64,000 bases of DNA. Origin: Myxococcota bacterium (GTDB taxonomy: Bacteria; Myxococcota_A; UBA796; GCA-2862545). Under the pieces are notes generated by a model. The model saw nothing but the letters and a program-made list of their open reading frames with translations, did not search any database and had not been told where the DNA came from. A program made the position numbers and the translations under genes. The stretch is from the NCBI GenBank assembly GCA_039208735.1, contig JBCCQY010000026.1:11766-75765 (forward strand). Reading direction: 5' to 3'. Shown here one piece after another: positions 30,645 to 38,803 of the stretch (the stretch's first letter is position 1; each line of letters begins with the position of its first letter).

Positions 30645-31405
30645 CGCAGCACCTGCAATAGCGACATCACGTCACTGCTCTGTCCACGCAGTCGTTCGAG
30701 GTCCTCGGGGTACACGTTGAGGCGTTCGAGCACCGGATCCTCCTCCAAGGGGGCCGTGATGTCGGGATCGTCGTTCTTCAGCAGCTCGCACGCGAGCCGC
30801 CGGGCAAGCCAGGTGCTCGCCGCAACATCGCCGTAGGTGGACGCCGTGGGCCAGTCGCGATGAAGTCCGACGGCCGCGACGAGGGGAGCGGGCATGGCCC
30901 ACCCCATGACGGCTTGAACGCCCACTTCGATGTAGTGGCGCTCGAGCATCTTGGTGTCGGTGATGCCTTCCGCCAGCAAGACCAACTCTCCAATGTTGTG
31001 CAGCAAGCCGCACAAGAAGGACACTTCGACCTGCCGGCGTCGCAGCTGCGAAAGGCACCGAGCGAAGCCTGCGCTGGCGATGGCCGTGGACCAGCTCGTG
31101 GCGCGCTGGGGCGCGGTCGCGGGATCCGAGAGCGGGGGCCGTAGGCAGGCGGCGACGGTGAGGTCCGACACCGAAGCCAATCCCAATCGCGTGACGGCGT
31201 GGGTCAGCGTCGTTGGAGGCACGGAGCCCCGGTACATCGCGGTGTTCGCTGCTTTGATGATCATCGTGGCCAGCGCCGGATCGCGTTGCACGAGCTCACA
31301 CACCGACGAGATGTCCGACTCGGGGTCCGCGACAGCGTTGAGGACCGCCTCGGCTACGGCCGGAAAGGGTGGAAGCGTGATTTCGTTCGCTGCAATGACG
31401 GGCAA
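30641..31405 (-). CDS. HDOD domain protein
   Basis: LPPFPAVA, DPALATMIIKAAN, FLCGLLHNIG; start codon uncertain. Confidence 0.88.
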   Translation of the reverse strand: MPVIAANEITLPPFPAVAEAVLNAVADPESDISSVCELVQRDPALATMIIKAANTAMYRGSVPPTTLTHAVTRLGLASVSDLTVAACLRPPLSDPATAPQRATSWSTAIASAGFARCLSQLRRRQVEVSFLCGLLHNIGELVLLAEGITDTKMLERHYIEVGVQAVMGWAMPAPLVAAVGLHRDWPTASTYGDVAASTWLARRLACELLKNDDPDITAPLEEDPVLERLNVYPEDLERLRGQSSDVMSLLQVLR

Positions 31406-31518
31406 GGAACACCCCCGCGGGCCTCGTTCCCGGCCCACGGCCCCCCATCGGTCTGCCGTTGGATGGGCTTGACCGGAGGGGGACGCTCGCGTTGGCGGAG
31501 CGGGGTTGGGGGTCTACG

Positions 31519-32505
31519 ATGGACGCGTCCCTCCCGCCGAGGTGTGCTCTGCTTCCCGACCGTCCTCGTGATCAGGTGGCCCTGGTCATCGCCGTCGTCG
31601 CTATATTGGTGATCCTGGTGACCATCCGGGGGCCCCTGCGACCTCCGCTCGTGACTGAACCAGAACCCTTCGAGGTGCAGGCGAGTGTGCCCACGGACGC
31701 AGATGTCTCCACGCTCGAGCGAAGGAAGCCGTCCCGGGCCATTCCAGAGGTCCCTCGGGCGGTCCCGGCCGACGCTTGGATCGACCTCGAAAGCGGACTC
31801 GACGTCTACGACGCCACTCCTGGCGATGGCGCGAGGATCTTTCGAGGGGAAGTGGTGCTCGTCGACTACACGATCTGGCTCGAAGACGGCACTCTCGCCT
31901 ATTCGACGTTGGAGAAGGCGGAGCCTGCGCGCTACGTCGACGGGCTTGGTGGGGTCTTACCTGGCATTGCCGAGGGCGTTCGACCCATGACCGTGGGAGG
32001 CAAGCGCTCCCTTCGGGTTCCGCCAGAGTTGGGGTACCGCAATCGCGGTCGGGGTCTCATCCCGCCGGATGCGACCTTGCAGGTCGATGTGGAGTTGGTG
32101 GACGTTTTGCGTCCGCGAACCGCGCCGCCGGCGGATCTCGATCTGCAGGCCGTAGCACGAGGTCTCGAGGTGGCGGTCTTGGCGGACGGGGAGGGTCCCG
32201 CCCTTGAAGCGGGGGACCGGGCGGTGATGGACTACGCAATGTGGGTCGAAGGCGGAGAACCGAAACCCATCGATCAGTCCTTTGAACGCGTCGAGCCGTT
32301 TTCGGTCGACATTGGGCGTCGCAAACTACTCGCGGGCTGGGACCAGGGGCTGCGTGGCATGCGCCCGGGCGGTCACCGCGTCTTGCGACTCGCGCCCGAA
32401 GTCGCATTCGGGCCTCAAGGGCGAGAAGGGATCGTGCCGCCGAACGCGACGATCCTCGTCGAAGTGCGGTTGCATCGCATTCGAAAAGCCCTTCGCCGAA
32501 GGTGA
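31519..32505 (+). CDS. Membrane-anchored tandem FKBP-type peptidyl-prolyl isomerase
   Basis: Two FKBP domains (GGKRSLRVPPELGY..IPPDATL; GWDQGLRGM..VPPNATIL); start uncertain. Confidence 0.88.
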   Translation: MDASLPPRCALLPDRPRDQVALVIAVVAILVILVTIRGPLRPPLVTEPEPFEVQASVPTDADVSTLERRKPSRAIPEVPRAVPADAWIDLESGLDVYDATPGDGARIFRGEVVLVDYTIWLEDGTLAYSTLEKAEPARYVDGLGGVLPGIAEGVRPMTVGGKRSLRVPPELGYRNRGRGLIPPDATLQVDVELVDVLRPRTAPPADLDLQAVARGLEVAVLADGEGPALEAGDRAVMDYAMWVEGGEPKPIDQSFERVEPFSVDIGRRKLLAGWDQGLRGMRPGGHRVLRLAPEVAFGPQGREGIVPPNATILVEVRLHRIRKALRRR

Positions 32506-33336
32506 TTACCTGACCGTACTGCCCACGGTTAGCGCCAGCGTGTGGAGCCAATTGCGGGTGAACCCATCGGTGAAGGGGTCGGCATTGTTGCTCGTGCCCA
32601 CCGCACCGCCGCCGATGTAGCGCAACGACACCCAGCCATCGAGGCCCTTAGGACCCTGCAGACCCAAGGTGATCCGGGCGTCTGCAATGGCCCCCTCAAC
32701 GTCTGATGTCGATCCGTTGATCAAGGAAATGGGTGCGTAGAAGCCTTGGATTTCGCTTCCCAGAAAGACGTTCTTCGTCAGGGTGTGGCGCTGTCGGAAC
32801 GCGAGAAGGGGAACCGGTCCGATGTTGGTCGTGATGACCGATTGGCTACCATCGAGGGCCGTGTAGCCAATGCTCGCGTTGCGGATCTGCAGTCCCAGAC
32901 CGAATGCGATCTCACGGTCCGTGGCTTCGGTCGTGTCATGCAGCCAGGTCAGTCGGTAGTACGGAAAACTGTAGCGGAAGGACAAGGCTCGACCCTGGGC
33001 AAACGTCACATCGCCGATTTGCAGGTCGCGATCGGGGGCGAGCTGGGACGCGAATACCAAGGGTTGGTAGAGCAAAATCAATGTGTCGCGACGGTTCTTT
33101 CCGAGGTCCAAGTCCACCTGCAAGCGGGTGAACGCAAACAAGACGTCTTGGGCAAGGTCTTTGGGTAGCGAAACGTCTGTTCCGTTCTCGTTAATCTGGA
33201 GCTGATGCCGCAGTTGGCCCACGGTTCCGAGTTCAGCGCGAAGCCGCACGGCGACGGGGGCCTCGGTCGAGTTGAGCAGCGAGTCCTTGGCGTCGGGCGT
33301 GCCGCCAAAAGCGAGGGTCGAAGCGAGCCACCACAT
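32506..33336 (-). CDS. Putative outer membrane beta-barrel protein
   Basis: GGAGG RBS, signal peptide, alternating amphipathic strands. Confidence 0.6.
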   Translation of the reverse strand: MWWLASTLAFGGTPDAKDSLLNSTEAPVAVRLRAELGTVGQLRHQLQINENGTDVSLPKDLAQDVLFAFTRLQVDLDLGKNRRDTLILLYQPLVFASQLAPDRDLQIGDVTFAQGRALSFRYSFPYYRLTWLHDTTEATDREIAFGLGLQIRNASIGYTALDGSQSVITTNIGPVPLLAFRQRHTLTKNVFLGSEIQGFYAPISLINGSTSDVEGAIADARITLGLQGPKGLDGWVSLRYIGGGAVGTSNNADPFTDGFTRNWLHTLALTVGSTVR

Positions 33337-33385
33337 GAGTACCTCCATGGGATGGACGGCGTATCGAAACGCGCGCGGAGCTGAT

Positions 33386-34141
33386 TCACGGCACGCGCTG
33401 CAACCGGGGATCGCGCAGCGTTTGGCGCGCCACATCAAGGTGGGTGGTCGGCGATGCGGCAAGTTGCCGAACGCGACGGGGCGTGAGGCACAACGCACGG
33501 GCAATGGCCTGGGTGGACCAACCGTGGTGGCGGGACAGGTGTACGAACAACAGAAAACACCGTCGGTCCGAAGGCACCACGCCGATCACCGCCGCGGCGA
33601 CGCGGAGCAGGGTGGCGAGCGCTCTTCGCGGTTGGGGAGGTGCGATGGGCGGCCGAGACAGTCCTCCACAGCGTTCGTGCACGGCTTGGGGATCCACGGC
33701 TCTGCGCAAGGGTTTGGCGTCGAAGAAGACCGCTTCGCGGTAGCCGAGCAGATCACGATGGGAGGACCAGGGGGTGGCGAGAGGTCGACGAGGCCCCCGC
33801 TCACCCGCGAGGGGCGCGCGATGGGCCCATACGACGGCATCGATGGCCTCAGGCTCGGAATTGTGGGACGGGTGGGGTACGGTCAGCCCCCCGGAGAGCC
33901 CCGCGTGCCTCAAGGCGAGGGCTGTGCCGACCTTTACGCCCTTGATCACCGTTCGAACCGCCTTGGACTCTCCACGAAGCACACAGCGAAGCGCATCTCC
34001 CTCTTCAAAGCCAAAGGCCATCAGGTCGACATGGTGCGCTCCACTGCACCGCTGAACCCGCTCGATGAGTCCATAGCGAAAGAGCACTCCCGCCCGAGGC
34101 CGGGGCCAACTTGGCAGGGCAAATCGGATTCGTTCGAACAT
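33386..34141 (-). CDS. Degenerate RAYT/Y1 (TnpA-REP)-like protein with C-terminal HTH
   Basis: VWAHRAP...PWSSHRDLLG matches the RAYT pattern YIH.NP...yPWSS..ylG; HUH and Tyr absent; HTH GWSTQAIARALCLTPRRVRQL. Confidence 0.6.
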   Translation of the reverse strand: MFERIRFALPSWPRPRAGVLFRYGLIERVQRCSGAHHVDLMAFGFEEGDALRCVLRGESKAVRTVIKGVKVGTALALRHAGLSGGLTVPHPSHNSEPEAIDAVVWAHRAPLAGERGPRRPLATPWSSHRDLLGYREAVFFDAKPLRRAVDPQAVHERCGGLSRPPIAPPQPRRALATLLRVAAAVIGVVPSDRRCFLLFVHLSRHHGWSTQAIARALCLTPRRVRQLAASPTTHLDVARQTLRDPRLQRVP

Positions 34142-34243
34142 CTTCACCTCCGCCGCAGCCCCCGAGCAAAGTCTGGGCCACCTGAGAAGGAAGGTTGGAA
34201 CGTTCGGTTGACCGACGTCTGTCGCTAGACCTGACGACGGTCG

Positions 34244-36082
34244 TCAGTCGGCGCGCCGAGCCCCGGTCATGCCGAAGAGACCGATGACAACCCCTCCGGT
34301 GATGACGGTAAGTCCGAGGAATCCTACGTCGGGAAGCCCCCCCTGACGGGCCGCCAGCAAGGCCAGCCCGTTGTTGAAGGCGTGGAGGGCCATCGCGGGC
34401 CACAACGAGCCGCTTCGGGCCACGACGCCACCCAACACGAGACCGAGGGCTGCCGTCGGAAGGATGCGTGGCAGGTACAGGTGCATGATGCCGAAGGCCA
34501 TGGCGACGAGGGTGATGCGAATCAGCGTGGGTACGGTGGCTTGTCGGAGCAGCCCCTGCAGCAGGCCACGGAACAGCAACTCCTCGGCCAAGCCGGGGAG
34601 CAGCGCGAACCCCAGCAAGGGCACCCACAAAGGAAGATCCGCCATTTCGAGTTGTTGCAGAGCCTTGAGGAGGGCGGTGTGCATGGGCAAGACGGGGTCC
34701 TGCAGCCGGGCAACGAGCAGGCCCACGGCCGGTACCCCCGGGGCGATGAGCCCTGCGAGGAGGGCGTCGCGAAGGGTGGGAGGGCGTAATGACAGTGTTT
34801 TTCGAAGGTCGAGCCCCAGCAGGCTCGCGGTTCCGACCGTCGTGCCGGCAAACACCACGATCTGGGTGAAGACCATGCCCCAGAGCAAATCGAGTTCCTG
34901 CGCCGGTTGCCCCACGAACCCGAAGAGCCCGAGTACGGTGATGAACGCCACGATCGCGTGGACCACAGAACGCGTTCGTCGGTCGCTGCCCCGCGGCAGG
35001 AACGTGGCGTCTCGGTCGACGAAGCGGGCGGCGAGCCAGGTGAAGCCTGTGACGGTCACGATGGTGCTCCCGGCCACGAGCAAGGCCAAGCCGGGCACGG
35101 CCTGTCCCATCGACCAGGTGCGACCCAACAGCGCGAAGTTGGCCACCGGAACGAGGGCTGTGACCGGGGACAACTCCACATCCGAGAACAGCGCGACGGT
35201 GGCGGGGGAGGCGGCAACGAGCATGACCGGCGCCGCCATCAAGGAGCCCGTTCGGTGATCCGGGGCCAGCGCCGCGAGCGCAACGAGAAGGGGGGCGATT
35301 TGCAAGGCCCAGCCCACCACGATGGCCGATGCGGCCGCGGCCATGGTCGGTGAGAGTGGATCGTCCAACACGCCTACGACGCCGGCTCCGAACGTCGCCA
35401 TCACCCCAATACTTCCCGCGATGACGCCAAATCCGATGGTGAGAAGCCCCTTGGCCAGGAGCACGTTCGTTCTCGAGACCGGCGTGACGAGCACCGCTTC
35501 GATGGTCTTCCGCTCCTTTTCACCGGTCAACACGTCCATCGCGACGTTGAGCATCGTGAGGAGAATCGACGTGATGATCAACGGCGTCATCAAAGTGGTG
35601 ACGGACGGTTTGAAGGGTTTTTCCTTGGTAACTGCGACCGATTTTACGACGAGAAGGTCACGAAACCGCGCGTCGATGCCTGCCTTCGTGAGGGCCTCGT
35701 CGCGGGCCTGGGTCCGGATCCGTCGTGCCACCTTGCGAATTCGACGTGCGGCGGTGCGTGATGTCGCGTCGTCGAGGCGGTAGGCGACGCGAACCGTCGT
35801 GTCCTCGACGGTGACCGAAGCGACCGCTCGCGCAGGTTCCGTAAGGCGAAGGGGATCGTCGGCTTCGATCCAATCGGTGAAGGTGGCGTCGGCGGAGATC
35901 GGGGACTTGGTGGCGGGTGGGCCTCCCGACACCTCACGCTCCACGTCGTCCACGAACCCCTGGGTAAACCACAAGCCTCCGACCACCAGCAAGATGGGGC
36001 ACAAGAAGGTGAATCCAAGGGTGATCGGCTGGCGCAACTGGCGAAGCAGGTCGGTGCGGACAATGGCGAGGAGGGGGCTCAC
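34244..36082 (-). CDS. ABC exporter permease (NatB-like) fused to CPBP/Abi intramembrane protease
   Basis: GEKERKTIEAVLVTP; EELLFRG, FGIMH, HAFNN. Confidence 0.9.
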   Translation of the reverse strand: MSPLLAIVRTDLLRQLRQPITLGFTFLCPILLVVGGLWFTQGFVDDVEREVSGGPPATKSPISADATFTDWIEADDPLRLTEPARAVASVTVEDTTVRVAYRLDDATSRTAARRIRKVARRIRTQARDEALTKAGIDARFRDLLVVKSVAVTKEKPFKPSVTTLMTPLIITSILLTMLNVAMDVLTGEKERKTIEAVLVTPVSRTNVLLAKGLLTIGFGVIAGSIGVMATFGAGVVGVLDDPLSPTMAAAASAIVVGWALQIAPLLVALAALAPDHRTGSLMAAPVMLVAASPATVALFSDVELSPVTALVPVANFALLGRTWSMGQAVPGLALLVAGSTIVTVTGFTWLAARFVDRDATFLPRGSDRRTRSVVHAIVAFITVLGLFGFVGQPAQELDLLWGMVFTQIVVFAGTTVGTASLLGLDLRKTLSLRPPTLRDALLAGLIAPGVPAVGLLVARLQDPVLPMHTALLKALQQLEMADLPLWVPLLGFALLPGLAEELLFRGLLQGLLRQATVPTLIRITLVAMAFGIMHLYLPRILPTAALGLVLGGVVARSGSLWPAMALHAFNNGLALLAARQGGLPDVGFLGLTVITGGVVIGLFGMTGARRAD

Positions 36083-36801
36083 GAGCGTCTCACGAGCGCC
36101 AGGAAGATGCTTTCGAGGTAGTGCTCGCCCGTTGCCTCACGCAGGGTGTCCAGCGTGCCCGATGCGAGCGCCCGTCCTTCGTGAAGGATGACCAGCCGGT
36201 CACACAGGCGCTCGGCTTCACTCATGATGTGGGTGGAGTACACCACGCAGTGTCCTTGCCCGCGTGCCTCCTCCACAAACTCCAGGACGGTCTGCGCCGC
36301 GATGACATCCAACCCTGCAGTGGGCTCGTCGAGCACGAGCACGGGGGGATCATGGATGACCGCGCGCGCCACGTTGACGCGCTGCGTGTTGCCTGTCGAC
36401 AGGCGCTCACAACGAACGTTGGCGTACTCCTGAAGTCCAAAGCGCTCGATCAGTTGGTCCACTCGGTCCTTCACATTGGAGAGCCCTTGGAGGCGTCCAA
36501 AGTACCGAAGCACCTCGCGAACCGTGAGTCGGCGGTAAAGCTGGGTGGACCCAGACAGGTAGCCGATGCCAGCGCGGACCTGGTCCGGAGCGTGACGCGT
36601 ATCGAAGCCGTCCACCCGAACGGTGCCTTCGTCGGGGGTGAGCAAGGTCACCAGCATGCGCAAGGTGGTGGTTTTCCCTGCGCCATTCGGCCCGAGCAGA
36701 CCGAGCACCTCGCCCGCCCGGGCGGTGAAGGACACCCCATCAACGGCGGTGACGACCGGGGGACCTGGAAACTGCTTGAACAGGCCATCCACTTCGATCA
36801 C
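36079..36801 (-). CDS. ABC transporter ATP-binding protein (NatA-like)
   Basis: GPNGAGKTT, LSTG signature, LVLDEPT, STHIMSEAERLCD. Confidence 0.93.
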   Translation of the reverse strand: MIEVDGLFKQFPGPPVVTAVDGVSFTARAGEVLGLLGPNGAGKTTTLRMLVTLLTPDEGTVRVDGFDTRHAPDQVRAGIGYLSGSTQLYRRLTVREVLRYFGRLQGLSNVKDRVDQLIERFGLQEYANVRCERLSTGNTQRVNVARAVIHDPPVLVLDEPTAGLDVIAAQTVLEFVEEARGQGHCVVYSTHIMSEAERLCDRLVILHEGRALASGTLDTLREATGEHYLESIFLALVRRS

Positions 36802-38000
36802 GGTGGGTCCTCCGAGCGCAGCCAGCGGAGAACGCGCGGGAGTCGGCCGCCGATGAGGAAGTCCTCGCGTTGACACAAGACGTAGGCGGCCCCCGCTAGA
36901 CCTGCGGCAATTCCAAGATTTACAAAGCTCGCAAGCCCAATGTCAGCCCACTGTAGCTCACCAATCGCGCCGCGTTGTAGCGCCTGCACCGCATTCAACA
37001 TGGGCACGGCACCGACCCAGGCGGGGGCTTGTCCATCCACGAGCTGGAGCATGCCGGCTCCAGGCACGATGCCGAGGACCATCGCCGCCGTGCAGAGCGT
37101 TTCGGACTCGCGATAGTTCCGACCCAACAACGACAAGAGCAACATCACCGAACTGACCAGCACCCCGGTGGTGAGCCAGACCACCGCTCCAATCGCCAAC
37201 TCGGGACTTGGGACGTCAATCAGGAATCGGTCGGGAATGGCGTCGTCCAGCACCTGTTGCAGTCGGGCCAGCGTGAGCGCCATCGCGAATGCGTTGGCGA
37301 TGCCCGCCAACAACACCATGGCGATGCATGCGAGGGTCTTGCCGACGAACCAGGTGGCCCGGGGGGCGGACGAGACCAGTAAGGTCTCCAGGGTTTGGCG
37401 TTCGCGCTCGGTTCCGAACAGGTCGATGGCCGGGTACACCCCTCCAAACAGCATGGGAAACACGGCGACGAACGCCACCATCAGAGCCCCGACCTTCCGG
37501 CCGACCTTGGTGCGGCCGCCTTGGATGGCATGGTCGAAGTCGATGGCCAGCCATCCGGCTTGAGGGTCGTCCACGAGAGCGTCAAAGCGGTCCTTTCGGA
37601 GTTCGTAGAGCGTGTCTTTGACCTGACGAAGGGCTCGCTTGGAGCGCGGACGCGGGGCCGCGTGCAAAAGCTCGACCCGCCAGCGTTCTGCTGTGGTCGC
37701 GGTGCGGATGGTCAGGTCGACTTCACCCGATTCGACGAGCGAATGGGGCTCGCCAACCAGCTCCTGCAAAGCGATGGATGGCGAATGGAGCGCCTCGCGC
37801 AGCGCTGCCGGAGCCTCGACGTCGAGCGCAACGTCATAGACTTCGCGCTCCATTCGAGTGACTTCCTGAAGTCCAAACTGGCTTGCAACCCAGAATATTG
37901 CTGGGTACAAGATGACGGGTCCCACGAGGAAGGCGATCACCGACGGGTCCCGCAACAGGCGCCCCAGCTCTGTCACGGTGACGGTGAGCACTCGGTTCAC
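36798..38000 (-). CDS. ABC exporter permease (NatB-like)
   Basis: AIDLFGTERERQTLETLL; multiple TMs. Confidence 0.85.
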   Translation of the reverse strand: MNRVLTVTVTELGRLLRDPSVIAFLVGPVILYPAIFWVASQFGLQEVTRMEREVYDVALDVEAPAALREALHSPSIALQELVGEPHSLVESGEVDLTIRTATTAERWRVELLHAAPRPRSKRALRQVKDTLYELRKDRFDALVDDPQAGWLAIDFDHAIQGGRTKVGRKVGALMVAFVAVFPMLFGGVYPAIDLFGTERERQTLETLLVSSAPRATWFVGKTLACIAMVLLAGIANAFAMALTLARLQQVLDDAIPDRFLIDVPSPELAIGAVVWLTTGVLVSSVMLLLSLLGRNYRESETLCTAAMVLGIVPGAGMLQLVDGQAPAWVGAVPMLNAVQALQRGAIGELQWADIGLASFVNLGIAAGLAGAAYVLCQREDFLIGGRLPRVLRWLRSEDPP

Positions 38001-38803
38001 GAGATCCGATCCGCCCCACGCCAGGCCCGCCACCGTTGGTCGAAGGTGATGCGGTCGGGGTAGCCCTCAACGGCTGGATCAGGATGCTCGGGGTGGCCAG
38101 GGAGCAAAAGCTCAATGCTCTGGTCGGGAAACCGGATGATGGGCTCGATGGCGCGCGCAACCCAAGGCGGGCGAGCCAGCGCCTCGGCCATGCGGTCGAA
38201 CTTCGCGAGCTGGATGAGGGTCCACCACGTGGGAGGCGCAAGCGGAAAGTCTTGGTTGGCCATGGCAAGGGCCTGCTTTGGAGCGATCCATCGGCTGTCG
38301 ACGGTCTCGATGGTGTCGTGCTCACCTTCGGCGTCTTGGGCGGGGACGGCGAAAAACAGGGCTTCGAAACGCCGGCGCTCTTGTTTTGGCGTCACCCACC
38401 ACGCCCACGGAATGAGTTGGCCTAGGTCGACCGGGCCGGCGCCGTCTTCGAGCACCTTGGCCATCGACAACTCCCCCGCGTGCAGCGCCTTGCGTCGGGT
38501 GGCGTCAGGTTGGCCCGTGCCCAGCCACACTCCGGATTCCTCAAAGGTTTCGCGGACGGCGGCGACTCCGAAGCCTGCGGCGTCTTCGGCCTGGCGTGCG
38601 AGCCGTTCGGCGAGGGGAGCGGTTCCCAAGACCCGCGAGTGGGCGGCGAGCTGGTCGGTCTCATCGACCCGACCGCCGGGAAACACCCACGCGTTCGGCA
38701 TGAACCCGCTGCGATGATGACGTTGCACCATGAAGACTTCGAGGCCCTCGGTCCCGTCGCGAAGCAGAAGGACGGTGCTGGCGGGGCGGAGTTCTACGGT
38801 CAC
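37997..38803 (-). CDS. NUDIX hydrolase (NUDT19-like)
   Basis: VFPGGRVD, AAVRETFEESG, WVTP...RRF. Confidence 0.9.
   Translation of the reverse strand: MTVELRPASTVLLLRDGTEGLEVFMVQRHHRSGFMPNAWVFPGGRVDETDQLAAHSRVLGTAPLAERLARQAEDAAGFGVAAVRETFEESGVWLGTGQPDATRRKALHAGELSMAKVLEDGAGPVDLGQLIPWAWWVTPKQERRRFEALFFAVPAQDAEGEHDTIETVDSRWIAPKQALAMANQDFPLAPPTWWTLIQLAKFDRMAEALARPPWVARAIEPIIRFPDQSIELLLPGHPEHPDPAVEGYPDRITFDQRWRAWRGADRIS

Noticed and set aside
33386..34141. Active IS200/IS605 or RAYT mobile element
   Set aside because: HUH and catalytic Tyr absent; no tnpB, terminal hairpins or REP cluster seen.
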